Of a DNA stretch of 64,000 nt, positions 38,803-48,207 are shown one piece after another (the first letter of the stretch is position 1; each line of letters starts with the position of its first letter). Where the stretch lies: the IMG/VR virus record IMGVR_UViG_3300025087_000054, positions 10,894-74,893 of that record, one strand, 5' to 3'. This DNA is from a virus. The notes below the pieces were generated by a model. The model saw only the letters and a program-made list of their open reading frames with translations, ran no database searches and had not been told where the DNA came from. A program made the position numbers and the translations under genes.

Positions 38803-39720
38803 ATGTCTGATGAACTCAGCTATGTTGCACCCTCGCAAAAAAGAGGTGAAACGCTCCGTCCAGCGTTGGAGTTTGCTCCATTACAAGACGAATCTTATAT
38901 TGCTAAAATTGTGGGTATGTCTTTGAGACATAAGCCAGGGTTTAAGCAAACAAAAGCGGGCAAGTGGTTTATGGATTTTAGCCAGCCAAAACCTATTTTT
39001 GACGTGGTTTTAGCTATTTATAAACGTAAAGCCGAAGATGGTATTTTAGATGTAAATGGACAGGTAGTAAAACCGTTATTAAGGCGAGTAAATATTGAGA
39101 TAAGTGCATTATCACCAGATTTTAAGAAAGATAAAGCACCTACATTATCAAGATCCTTATTATGTTATGCTACCAATCAGGAAGTGTCTGGAGCTATTAA
39201 GACACCAGTTCCAGTTTTTTATAATACTATAAAGAGATGTTTTGCTAGTGCAGACAGTGCAAAAAAATACGATACTGATTTACGTAAATTATTTAAGGGA
39301 GAAAGTCCTAAGCTTAAAACGTATGCCGATATTGCTGGGTATAAGGAAGGTATACGGCATATTTGGGATTTGAGAAAATTAGTTGGTCGTTATGTTGGTG
39401 TACATTTAATTGTGAATGGTGATTTTAATAAGGCATACGATTTTTCAAGAGTACCAGAAACATTTAAGGCAGATTTGGAAATAGAACAAAAAGGTCTCGA
39501 AAAACTAGAGGAATCAGAGAAAAAACGGATAGAACGTGTAAGAGCAAGAGAGGAACGGGAGGGATTTACTATTGATATACAGAATGAAGAGTTAATAGGG
39601 CAACAAGAACTTAGTCAGGAATCTAGTAAGGTTGTTGATGCGGGTAACGATGGTGTGGTGGATAATTTGACTGATACAGTTGAAAATGAGACTATTGAGG
39701 TAGAAAATATTGATTTTTAA
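38803..39720 (+). CDS. Hypothetical protein, possible ssDNA-binding protein
   Basis: Basic body with acidic tail ending ENIDF; replication context. Confidence 0.5.
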   Translation: MSDELSYVAPSQKRGETLRPALEFAPLQDESYIAKIVGMSLRHKPGFKQTKAGKWFMDFSQPKPIFDVVLAIYKRKAEDGILDVNGQVVKPLLRRVNIEISALSPDFKKDKAPTLSRSLLCYATNQEVSGAIKTPVPVFYNTIKRCFASADSAKKYDTDLRKLFKGESPKLKTYADIAGYKEGIRHIWDLRKLVGRYVGVHLIVNGDFNKAYDFSRVPETFKADLEIEQKGLEKLEESEKKRIERVRAREEREGFTIDIQNEELIGQQELSQESSKVVDAGNDGVVDNLTDTVENETIEVENIDF

Positions 39721-39733
39721 TCTATATAAAACT

Positions 39734-40000
39734 ATGTCAAAGAAAAAAAATAAATTTGGTGAGTATGTGTCAGATACAGATAGTGAAATAGTAGAGGAAC
39801 AGGTATTAGTTAATAATATATCGAGTATGGAAAATATATTAGATAATGGCCAATCAGTTAAGGAAACTATAGAGGAACAAAAATTAGTACCAAAAACAAT
39901 AAAAATTGATCCAATGGAATTAAAATTTACGCCTGTGGTAGTAAAACCCAAAAAATTACGCCCAGGCGTAAAGTCGGGAGTACAAATTAAAGCAGTTTAA
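39734..40000 (+). CDS. Hypothetical protein
   Basis: ORF with ATG 39734. Confidence 0.55.
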   Translation: MSKKKNKFGEYVSDTDSEIVEEQVLVNNISSMENILDNGQSVKETIEEQKLVPKTIKIDPMELKFTPVVVKPKKLRPGVKSGVQIKAV

Positions 40001-40002
40001 AA

Positions 40003-40383
40003 ATGGCTTACGCAAGAATTACATATCGAGCAGTTATTAATATATTAGTCCAGACAGGTAAATTGTCCGCGGATAAAGCAATGGAAGTGGCGGATGCGGT
40101 GTTTGATTTATTGGAAAAGGAAAAACCAGTGCTACAAACACCGCAGGTATTAAATAATATAGGATCAGATCGGGTGGATGAAAATCATGTGGTAAAAGTA
40201 AAAGAGACGGACAATAAAAATAAGACTGTTTTAACTGTACATAGTAGTTTGACTGGTGGTAAACCAACACCACAAAAAGTAGTTAAGCCACAAGGGTGTG
40301 GTTATGTGAATAAAAAAGGTGAGTTTGTGCCGACATGGAAAAAACTAACAACGCTTGACCCGTTTAAAGATAATGGAAAATAA
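40003..40383 (+). CDS. Hypothetical protein
   Basis: 126 aa ORF, closely packed. Confidence 0.6.
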   Translation: MAYARITYRAVINILVQTGKLSADKAMEVADAVFDLLEKEKPVLQTPQVLNNIGSDRVDENHVVKVKETDNKNKTVLTVHSSLTGGKPTPQKVVKPQGCGYVNKKGEFVPTWKKLTTLDPFKDNGK

Positions 40384-40744
40384 TTTAGATATCGGCATAT
40401 CAGAGGGTACAGCGGAGTGGTTATTAGGTAAACAAAGGCGGTGTGTAGAATGTGGTTCAGTTAATAGGGAGATACATCATCGAATATATAGGAGTCAGTG
40501 GAGTCAGGAATATATAAATAATTTTTTTGGAATGGCATTTGTCGTATATGAACAGTGTTATAAAAAAGTGTTAATTATTTGGGGATTACATTCAGTTCAA
40601 AATTTAGTGTGCTTATGTAATAAATGCCATACAAGATTACATAGTGGTAATGCTCCAATGTTGGCTAAAAAATATAGATTAAGTTTTACGTGTCCTAGAA
40701 CAGGGTATAATGTATTTTATAAAAAACGAGTATGTCATTATTAA
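40373..40744 (+). CDS. HNH endonuclease
   Basis: CVECG..EIHH..NLVCLCNKCHTRLH. Confidence 0.85.
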   Translation: MENNLDIGISEGTAEWLLGKQRRCVECGSVNREIHHRIYRSQWSQEYINNFFGMAFVVYEQCYKKVLIIWGLHSVQNLVCLCNKCHTRLHSGNAPMLAKKYRLSFTCPRTGYNVFYKKRVCHY

Positions 40745-41211
40745 ATAAAACATTGTTGGCGATTGATCCAAGTATAAATAAACTTGGGGTGGCTGTATTT
40801 AAAGGGCGGAAAATGGTTTTTTGTAGCACATTAACTACTAAATTAGAGGGGGATAATAGATATGTGGAAATCACGTTAAAAATTAAGGAGTTGATTAATA
40901 AAGTCAAGCCAGATGTTTTTGCTATTGAGACGCAATATATGAGCTTTCAGAGTAATGCGGCGTTTAAAATTGCCGAAGTGAAGGGTATATGTAGGGCATT
41001 ATTTTTATCTTTTAATAGTTCAGGGCAAATGATAGATGTTGGCCCAAGCGAGGTAAAAAAAGTAATGGGTATGCCAGGCAGAACAAAAAGAAAAGAAGCT
41101 AAAATATTATCAGTTCAATTTGCGAAAGATAATTTTGGTATAACGGTGGACGATAATCAGTCCGATGCTATAGGTATAGGTATGGTGGCGTTAGCTAAAA
41201 TAAGACTATAA
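40732..41211 (+). CDS. ruvC: Holliday junction resolvase, RuvC-like
   Basis: LAIDPS, AIE, PSEVKK, DNQSDAIGI. Confidence 0.88.
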   Translation: MSLLNKTLLAIDPSINKLGVAVFKGRKMVFCSTLTTKLEGDNRYVEITLKIKELINKVKPDVFAIETQYMSFQSNAAFKIAEVKGICRALFLSFNSSGQMIDVGPSEVKKVMGMPGRTKRKEAKILSVQFAKDNFGITVDDNQSDAIGIGMVALAKIRL

Positions 41212-41224
41212 TTTTAAATAAGAT

Positions 41225-41265
41225 CAAGCCCAAAAACTTTACAAATTATAATTAAAATATATAAT
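41225..41265 (+). promoter_or_regulatory. Repeated phage promoter
   Basis: CAAGCCCAAAAACTTTACAAA; TTTACA-16-TATAAT. Confidence 0.85.
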
Positions 41266-41291
41266 GTATATGTAATTAATTTTTATTGTTT

Positions 41292-41612
41292 ATGAGAAAA
41301 AGGCAAATTAATAAGCATAGTTATTTTTATTTAATTGCTATTTTATTTGTTATAGGTTTGGTTAGCAGTATAAGTTATAAATCTAGCTCGGCAGTTAGTT
41401 ATACATGTACGGATTTTTATGTACATATTTTTCAGGGTAAGTATTTAGGGGAATGGCCGATAGATAATATTAGAGCAGGGGATAGTTTTAAAATATCAAA
41501 TACAGAGGAGTATATTATTAGTTATGGGGATACTTGGAGTAAATTAGTTAGTAAATTTGGTTTAGATAATATTAAAAAATATAATTGTTATGAGTTTATT
41601 AGTAAAAAATAG
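41292..41612 (+). CDS. Signal/TM-anchored protein with LysM-like C-terminus
   Basis: Basic N-terminus plus hydrophobic helix; YIISYGDTWSKLVSKFG. Confidence 0.55.
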   Translation: MRKRQINKHSYFYLIAILFVIGLVSSISYKSSSAVSYTCTDFYVHIFQGKYLGEWPIDNIRAGDSFKISNTEEYIISYGDTWSKLVSKFGLDNIKKYNCYEFISKK

Positions 41613-42087
41613 CGATGTTCGTGTAATTTTACGTAACTGTTTAGATAGTATTCAGTTTGATTTAGAAGGCGGTGTAGCTAGGATGACAGAACACAATGGG
41701 CTAGTGGTGGGCAATTTATTATATAAGTTACGGGAATCTGTGCGTATAGAGGTAACAGAAGGTAAATCACCGTATGCAACTAAATATGTTATGTATATAG
41801 TACTATCTAATGATACTGTTCAGATAAGAGATAATAGTATACCAAGTAGTAAACATGGTAGTTGTTTAAGAGGTATTTTTACAGAGTCTTGCAGTAATAA
41901 GTTTTTTGTGGCAATAGATAGAGTAGGTAGTTTTGAGTTTGCAATAAATGACATGGAGTTGTATGCAGAATATGTAGCTGAAAAATTATATTTAAATGAT
42001 AATATGGGAAAGTCAAGGACGGTACGAGATACGGCAAATTTTTTAAATGGTATTCGTAAATTTTTATTACAAAATGCAATTACGTGA
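41590..42087 (+). CDS. Hypothetical protein
   Basis: 165 aa ORF overlapping neighbours. Confidence 0.6.
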   Translation: MSLLVKNSDVRVILRNCLDSIQFDLEGGVARMTEHNGLVVGNLLYKLRESVRIEVTEGKSPYATKYVMYIVLSNDTVQIRDNSIPSSKHGSCLRGIFTESCSNKFFVAIDRVGSFEFAINDMELYAEYVAEKLYLNDNMGKSRTVRDTANFLNGIRKFLLQNAIT

Positions 42088-44863
42088 TTATCAAATTAAG
42101 TGTATTAATAGTATTGCTAGTGCTATTAAACGAGGAGTACGGCGAATGGTGATTGAGTTAGCAACAGGTTTAGGGAAAACTATAATTTTCGCACAATTAC
42201 CACAACAAGTCAAGCGATCAGGTAAAAAGACATTGGTTTTAGCACATCGGGACGAGTTGTTACAGCAGGCTAAAGATAAAATTTTAGCTATATCGCCAGA
42301 ATTATCTGTTGAGATAGAACAAGGAGGTAATAAAGCAGAACCAGATGCTGATGTAATAATAGCGTCCGTTCAGACATTAGGGCGTAAAGAATCAAAACGA
42401 ATACAAAAATTTAATCCAGGTCATTTTGGGTTAGTAATAGTTGACGAATGCCATCACTCCTGCTCTAGTAGCTATTTACATATACTTGAATATATGGGCT
42501 GTTATAGTAAGGAGGGAGACGAGCTGAATAAGTGTCCTGTGTTATTAGGCGTAACAGCAACACCAGAACGGCATGATGGGCAGGGATTAGATAAAGTGTA
42601 TCAGGAAATAGTATTTAGGTATGGGCTACAGGAAGGTGTGCAGAACGGGTATTTAGCTCCAATTAAAGCGTATACAGTGCGAACCAATGAGGATTTAAGT
42701 GGTATTAAATTACGTAACGGTGATTTTGCGGTAGAGGAGTTAGCAGAAACTGTAAATTGTCCTGTACGAAATAAAATAGTTGTGGATGCTTATACTAGAT
42801 TAGTAAAAGGAGAGCCAGCAATAGCTTTTGCGGTTGATGTACAGCACTCAGAAGATTTGGCTGAGTTATTTAGGCAAAATAAGTATACGGCTCAGTCAGT
42901 TACGGGCAATACTGATACAGAAACACGGCAACAAATAATGTCGGATTTTAGGGCAGGTAAATTACAAGTACTTGTTAATTGTATGGTTGCCACAGAGGGG
43001 TTTGATTGTTTAGACGACAAGACGGAGATACTAACTGATGTAGGGTGGGTGGGTATATCTAATATGGAGAAGGCTAGTAACTGTTTTAGTCTTAATCTTG
43101 AAGAAGGTGTTATAGAAATTGTTCCTATATTAGCGAGGGGTAAACGACCATTAAAAGTAAGTGAGCGTATGGTAGAGTTTAAAAATCAACATTATAATTT
43201 GAGAGTTACAGAGGGGCATAGTATTTATATTAAAGGTAGAACTAAAGGGCATGTGGGTAAAAATTGGATGTGTAAGTCAGCAAAGGAATTGGTAGAGAGG
43301 TTGGGTGTATTTGCTTTACCTATGAGTGGCGATTATTGCAGTGAGAATAGTTTAGGTGTTTTACTTAGTGATGAGGAGTTGCGTATTATAGCTTGGTACA
43401 TAACGGACGGGTATTTGTCAAAAAACAATAGAGCATTATGTGTTTATCAAAGTTGTTCATCAAAATATAATAAAAGGTATGTGGTAGAAATAGAGGAATT
43501 ATTAGTGTCTTTAGGGTGGGATTATGGTAAAAGAGTTAGATATAGTGGTAGAACGGCGTATAAGAAAGAAACTATTATGATGGAATTTAGAATACCGAAA
43601 GGAACATCACGGATTAGCACTAGAATGCGTACTGGGTATAATAGTTTAGAAAAGTATCTTAAAAAGGAATTATCAGAAGAATTAATGTTAATGTCCCCAC
43701 GGCAATTTTTATTGTTTTGGAAGGAGTTATTAAAAGGTGATGGGTGTGGGTATAAGGCTAACGGTGAAAAACGATCTTGGTTATGCACTAGTAATAAGTT
43801 ATTAGTGGATAGAATACAAGAGTTAGCGATTAGGTGTGGGTTTGCTACATCTGTTAATTTATCAAAAGCTACAATAACGGGTAAGGATATATGGTATTTA
43901 ACGGTACGAGAAAAAAAGTTTTTATGCACACAAGCTAGAAAAGTTAAAGATGAAGGTAGGCATATTGCGTATAGTAGTGTAGTTAAGAACGAAAACGTGT
44001 GGTGTATGGAGAATAAGAATAAAACGTTAGTTGTTCGCCGAGAAGGAAAAGTGTCTATTATAGGGAATTGTCCAAGGATTAGGGCGGTGTTATTTGCTAG
44101 ACCCACAAAATCAAGTGTTGTGTATAAACAACAGGCGGGTAGAGGCACAAGATTATTTGCAGGTAAAGATCATGTAAAATTTATCGATTTTGTGGATAAT
44201 ATGGAAAGGTATGATTTATGTTCAGCGTCTACGTTAATAGGGCTTAATCAGCCTATTCAGGCTAATGGGGAGGATTTATTTTCAGTAAAAGACAAGTTTG
44301 AAGAGTTGCTTGCTAGTAATCCTATGGTAAATGTGTTTGATGTTAATATAAATAATATTGATAAATTAATTAAGGAGGTAAATATATTTGCTTTAGCACA
44401 ATTAACTACGGAGGTACAAAAATTTAGTAAATATAGTTGGAATAAGTTTATGGAAGGGTATCGTATAAGTTTAGGAGCAAAAGACGATGAACGGGACTTT
44501 GCCGAAATACGTGAAAATATGCTAGGGCAGTATGAGGCTGTATTTTACAGTTTAAAAGCGATTAAACCATCTTTCATCAATGGGTATAGTAAAACACAGC
44601 GTATGGATAAGTTTAGGGCAACTGGGGCGGACAAGGTAAGTGCTTTGCAAAAAGCGGATAGTATAATTTATAGTAATTTTGATGATCGTATTAATTTGGT
44701 TAAACAAAATGCGGGTTGGCGGAGTGATGGTGTTACTGATAAACAAAAAGTATTATTAATAAAATTTGGTCATCGGGAGTCTGATGTGGTTAAATTAACG
44801 AAAGGGCAGGCGAGTATTTTATTAGATAAATGTTTTTCAGAACGCTCACGTCGTAAAAAATAA
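42074..44863 (+). CDS. SF2 DExH helicase containing an intein
   Basis: MQLRDYQ, ATGLGKT, VDECHH, TATP, TEGFD|C, RPTKS, QQAGRG. Confidence 0.93.
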   Translation: MQLRDYQIKCINSIASAIKRGVRRMVIELATGLGKTIIFAQLPQQVKRSGKKTLVLAHRDELLQQAKDKILAISPELSVEIEQGGNKAEPDADVIIASVQTLGRKESKRIQKFNPGHFGLVIVDECHHSCSSSYLHILEYMGCYSKEGDELNKCPVLLGVTATPERHDGQGLDKVYQEIVFRYGLQEGVQNGYLAPIKAYTVRTNEDLSGIKLRNGDFAVEELAETVNCPVRNKIVVDAYTRLVKGEPAIAFAVDVQHSEDLAELFRQNKYTAQSVTGNTDTETRQQIMSDFRAGKLQVLVNCMVATEGFDCLDDKTEILTDVGWVGISNMEKASNCFSLNLEEGVIEIVPILARGKRPLKVSERMVEFKNQHYNLRVTEGHSIYIKGRTKGHVGKNWMCKSAKELVERLGVFALPMSGDYCSENSLGVLLSDEELRIIAWYITDGYLSKNNRALCVYQSCSSKYNKRYVVEIEELLVSLGWDYGKRVRYSGRTAYKKETIMMEFRIPKGTSRISTRMRTGYNSLEKYLKKELSEELMLMSPRQFLLFWKELLKGDGCGYKANGEKRSWLCTSNKLLVDRIQELAIRCGFATSVNLSKATITGKDIWYLTVREKKFLCTQARKVKDEGRHIAYSSVVKNENVWCMENKNKTLVVRREGKVSIIGNCPRIRAVLFARPTKSSVVYKQQAGRGTRLFAGKDHVKFIDFVDNMERYDLCSASTLIGLNQPIQANGEDLFSVKDKFEELLASNPMVNVFDVNINNIDKLIKEVNIFALAQLTTEVQKFSKYSWNKFMEGYRISLGAKDDERDFAEIRENMLGQYEAVFYSLKAIKPSFINGYSKTQRMDKFRATGADKVSALQKADSIIYSNFDDRINLVKQNAGWRSDGVTDKQKVLLIKFGHRESDVVKLTKGQASILLDKCFSERSRRKK
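43007..44068 (+). mobile_element. Intein with LAGLIDADG homing endonuclease (354 aa)
   Basis: D|CLDDKTEILT start, TEGH block B, WYITDG and LLKGDG, VRREGKVSIIGN|C end. Confidence 0.92.
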
Positions 44864-44884
44864 TTTATTTTTTAATTTTATGCT

Positions 44885-45520
44885 ATGGCACAGTCGATTG
44901 AACCTTGTTATGCAGAGCAGATAATGACAATAGATACTAATGGAGATATAAGAGATAAAGGAGAATCCGCACCACGATCAACTATAGATTGTTTATTGGC
45001 TCAGTTTACGCATGTAATTGCTGGGTTAGATATTGTAGATACACATAATCAACATTTAGTACAAAGAAAGAGAATAAAGCCGTTAGAACAATCTATGTTA
45101 AGTGTAGCGGTAGCGGGTCATGTGCCATATAGTGATAGTTTATCTAAAGAGTATGTGGGTAATTTTTTATCTATTGATTATTTAAAAGAGTCGGTCATAG
45201 ATGCTGTACGAAAAGAGTTAGGTCAAAAATTGGCATTATATTTTAACATTCAGGAACAAGATTTAGGAGTACCAGATTTTAGATTGGATAGTTCAAGTAC
45301 GGGTAATGCTATGAATCATTTACTGGCGTTATTTACGTGGAAAATACCTTGGCTAGATAGTAATACAGTTCAAACTTTATTTGAGCCGAGTTCGGAGTCG
45401 GATGGTGTACTGATTGCAAGTCAGGATATGTTACCAGATATTGTGCATAGGGTTAAAACAGATATTTTTATGTACCCACCAATGCGACAACTTTTTGAAA
45501 AATGGCTAATAAGGGCATAA
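44885..45520 (+). CDS. Hypothetical protein
   Basis: 211 aa ORF. Confidence 0.65.
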   Translation: MAQSIEPCYAEQIMTIDTNGDIRDKGESAPRSTIDCLLAQFTHVIAGLDIVDTHNQHLVQRKRIKPLEQSMLSVAVAGHVPYSDSLSKEYVGNFLSIDYLKESVIDAVRKELGQKLALYFNIQEQDLGVPDFRLDSSSTGNAMNHLLALFTWKIPWLDSNTVQTLFEPSSESDGVLIASQDMLPDIVHRVKTDIFMYPPMRQLFEKWLIRA

Positions 45521-45533
45521 TATTTATTTAGAA

Positions 45534-45574
45534 CAAGCTAAAAAACTTTACAAATAGTAAGCATACTATATAAT
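45534..45574 (+). promoter_or_regulatory. Repeated phage promoter
   Basis: CAAGCTAAAAAACTTTACAAA; TTTACA-16-TATAAT. Confidence 0.85.
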
Positions 45575-45606
45575 AAAAACGTGATATTAATTACTAACTT
45601 ATTAAT

Positions 45607-45771
45607 ATGACTCAAGTATTAGATATAGATGAATCAGAGGGGCTAGATATAATTGAGGAGATGGGTAGATGTAGCTCATGTGGTGAGGATTTGATGATGG
45701 AAAATGTAGGATACGATGAGCCAAATGGGCCAAGTAAATTAGAATGGCATTGTCAAAATGGTTGCTTTTAA
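45607..45771 (+). CDS. 54-aa Zn-finger-like protein (not in ORF track)
   Basis: MTQVLDID...RCSSCGED...WHCQNGCF; first ORF after promoter. Confidence 0.65.
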   Translation: MTQVLDIDESEGLDIIEEMGRCSSCGEDLMMENVGYDEPNGPSKLEWHCQNGCF

Positions 45772-45789
45772 TTTTTAATTTTTTTAAAT

Positions 45790-46002
45790 ATGGATGATGT
45801 ATTTAGTAACCACAATAAAGATTTAAGTGACGACCAAGAGGAATCAATGATGAGGATAAAAGAAAAAGCAGCAGAATTATTGCTAATAATTGAGGAGGAT
45901 GCGGGTACGGAGAGATCCGAAAGTAATAGATATAGAGCGATTGCTAAAACACATTTGGAAATAGCCATTATGATGGCGTGTAAAGCGGTTTGTATTGATT
46001 AA
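45790..46002 (+). CDS. Acb2/Tad1-like anti-defence nucleotide-sponge protein
   Basis: DLSDDQEESMMRIKEKAAELLLII and RYRAIAKTHLEIAIMMACKAV helical-hairpin pattern. Confidence 0.65.
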   Translation: MDDVFSNHNKDLSDDQEESMMRIKEKAAELLLIIEEDAGTERSESNRYRAIAKTHLEIAIMMACKAVCID

Positions 46003-46013
46003 ATAAATACTAT

Positions 46014-46469
46014 ATGCTTGCAGAACTAATTTTCAGCTATATTGTAACGATAATAGCTAAAACGGAGTTATATAATGAAAAACAGATTTTACCAGATCAA
46101 TTAGAACCAACAGCACAAATTTATCAGTTAGCGGGGGAGGAGTATAATTATCCATGGCAGATATTATCAGCAATACATGAAAAAGAGCGTAATAGATATA
46201 TTGGTCATAAATTATCGAGTGCGGGGGCGAAAGGGTGTATGCAATTTATGCCAAATACGTTTAAATTTTATGGCGTAGATGGGAATAGGGATGGGCAAAT
46301 AGATATATATAATTGTACGGACGCTATTTATTCAGCGGCGAATTATTTGTCTAAAAATAAAAAAGTGAGTAGTACATGGAATAGTATTTGGAGATATAAT
46401 CACGATAATAAGTACGTATCGGATGTGTGGCGAATAGCCAAAGATTTGGGATGGAAAGGTGGTAATTAA
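46014..46469 (+). CDS. Lytic transglycosylase (SLT family)
   Basis: WQILSAIHEKE, SSAGAKGCMQFMPNTF, DAIYSAANYL, RYNH..YV. Confidence 0.9.
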   Translation: MLAELIFSYIVTIIAKTELYNEKQILPDQLEPTAQIYQLAGEEYNYPWQILSAIHEKERNRYIGHKLSSAGAKGCMQFMPNTFKFYGVDGNRDGQIDIYNCTDAIYSAANYLSKNKKVSSTWNSIWRYNHDNKYVSDVWRIAKDLGWKGGN

Positions 46470-46515
46470 ATTAATGGTAAGATGTGCTCGTTTTATAGAT
46501 TAATTAAAAATTAGT

Positions 46516-47046
46516 ATGAAAAAAATATTGGTATGCCCATTATGTAGGTATCAGTCCGATTCGGAATCTGCGGATAGACTACGATATGTAGATTATTTGC
46601 AAGATAAAAGTAAGTATGATGATAGGTATTTATGCCCTTGTTGTGTACAAGCTATTGAGCATTGCCCTATATGTAGGGAAAAGCCAAATGGAGTATTAGT
46701 GCAAAGGGAAGGTGAAAGAGGATTGTATGACTCAAATAAAGTTATAGAGTGGTCAAAAAACCCGCCTTGTACGGAATGTAAAGAGCTGATAAATGACCCA
46801 GAGAATATTTGTATACTTTGTGATAGGTGTGATAGTTTGACAGTCTCCGATTATACTTATATGTTACAAATTTTTCCGAATTTGGCTAGACTAACGCCAG
46901 TGCATGTTAAGCAGTGTCCCGCATGTAAAGACGTAAGAGAGCAATTTTTTAAGTATTATACGGAAGCAGATGCTAAGATATTAGAGGAGATTAAGTCCGA
47001 CTTGTGGCATACTGCAAAAATATTACGTAAATATTATCCAAGATGA
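46516..47046 (+). CDS. Multi-CxxC Zn-binding protein
   Basis: Six CxxC-type motifs. Confidence 0.65.
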   Translation: MKKILVCPLCRYQSDSESADRLRYVDYLQDKSKYDDRYLCPCCVQAIEHCPICREKPNGVLVQREGERGLYDSNKVIEWSKNPPCTECKELINDPENICILCDRCDSLTVSDYTYMLQIFPNLARLTPVHVKQCPACKDVREQFFKYYTEADAKILEEIKSDLWHTAKILRKYYPR

Positions 47047-47351
47047 GTCAATTAATTACCGATGATAAGTTAAAAACTTGGCTATTTGAGTATTTGGATA
47101 GCAAAGGTATAGATACTTTTTTGCATAATTATTTTGGTACAGAATCGGGGAAGGCTATTTTAAAGCAACTGTTATCTGAAATGTTAAAAAACGATAACGG
47201 TGTATTACCAACTATAGATAGTTTATGTAGTAATAAGTATTATTGTGCAGGTTTGGAGGATTTTATTAATTTAAAACTAGTAGCTTATCAGAATCAGTTG
47301 TTACGTCCAGATGATGCTCCATATCCAAATAATGGCTTTAGCAAAAGTTAA
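47043..47351 (+). CDS. Hypothetical protein
   Basis: ATGA overlap with upstream gene. Confidence 0.6.
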   Translation: MSQLITDDKLKTWLFEYLDSKGIDTFLHNYFGTESGKAILKQLLSEMLKNDNGVLPTIDSLCSNKYYCAGLEDFINLKLVAYQNQLLRPDDAPYPNNGFSKS

Positions 47352-47370
47352 TATAAATGTATAGTAAAAA

Positions 47371-47411
47371 GAGTCAAAAAACTTTACAAAGTTACGCTTA
47401 AACTATAAAAT
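47371..47411 (+). promoter_or_regulatory. Repeated phage promoter (variant upstream box)
   Basis: GAGTCAAAAAACTTTACAAA; TTTACA-17-TAAAAT. Confidence 0.75.
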
Positions 47412-47434
47412 AGTATGTATAAATTAATAAAAAT

Positions 47435-47554
47435 ATGTATATGAATGTGGTAGTGGGTATAGTTTTGTTATTATTAGTATTATTGATTATAATAGGTAAT
47501 AGTATTTATATGTATATTGCATTAAGGGCATTAATTAAATATTTAAAATCATGA
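47435..47554 (+). CDS. 39-aa single-pass membrane peptide (not in ORF track)
   Basis: MYMNVVVGIVLLLLVLLIIIG...; ATGA overlap with next gene. Confidence 0.5.
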   Translation: MYMNVVVGIVLLLLVLLIIIGNSIYMYIALRALIKYLKS

Positions 47555-47757
47555 CTAAGTTTTATGTTACATTTGGACAGGTTCACCGTCATATAATAAA
47601 TGATAAAATTTTTGATAAAGATTGTGTATGTGAGTTGGAAGCAATAGATAGTAAGGATGCCCATAATAAAGCAATGATGCTATTTTCAGCACGTTTTTGT
47701 ACTATTAATATAGAACCCAGTTTGAAATTTTATCCAAGGGGAATAATTAAATTTTAA
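47551..47757 (+). CDS. Hypothetical protein
   Basis: 68 aa, KFYVTFGQ start. Confidence 0.6.
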   Translation: MTKFYVTFGQVHRHIINDKIFDKDCVCELEAIDSKDAHNKAMMLFSARFCTINIEPSLKFYPRGIIKF

Positions 47758-47760
47758 AAT

Positions 47761-48093
47761 ATGCAAATAAAAAATAACTATTTAGAATCTTTTAAGGGGT
47801 ATATGAGTTTATTTATGGGCTGGGTGCAGGTCAGTGATAGTGCTACTTTGGTTGTTTACCAGAAACAAGAGCCTGCTAAGATGGCGAGTATAATAATAAC
47901 TATTTTATTGTTATTGGTGGGTATTTTCCCAGGTATTGTATATTTTATTATATTTAGTCGTCCAGCACGGGTGCATAGCATATCAGTATCGTTGGATAGT
48001 GAGGGTAAATTAATGCCAAGCGGTACTTTTTGGGGTATGTGGCATTTTACAATTTGGATAAAGACGTATTATAAAGCACCTAGTAAGATTTAA
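47761..48093 (+). CDS. Membrane protein
   Basis: ILLLLVGIFPGIVYFII hydrophobic hairpin. Confidence 0.6.
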   Translation: MQIKNNYLESFKGYMSLFMGWVQVSDSATLVVYQKQEPAKMASIIITILLLLVGIFPGIVYFIIFSRPARVHSISVSLDSEGKLMPSGTFWGMWHFTIWIKTYYKAPSKI

Positions 48094-48136
48094 AATGCAT
48101 TTTACGATTTATATATAAAATACTTTAGCAAAAGGA

Positions 48137-48178
48137 CAAGCTAAAAAACTTTACAAATCTAAATCCTTTATATATAAT
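48137..48178 (+). promoter_or_regulatory. Repeated phage promoter
   Basis: CAAGCTAAAAAACTTTACAAA; TTTACA-17-TATAAT. Confidence 0.85.
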
Positions 48179-48207
48179 AAAAATGTAATATTAATTAATT
48201 ATATTTT

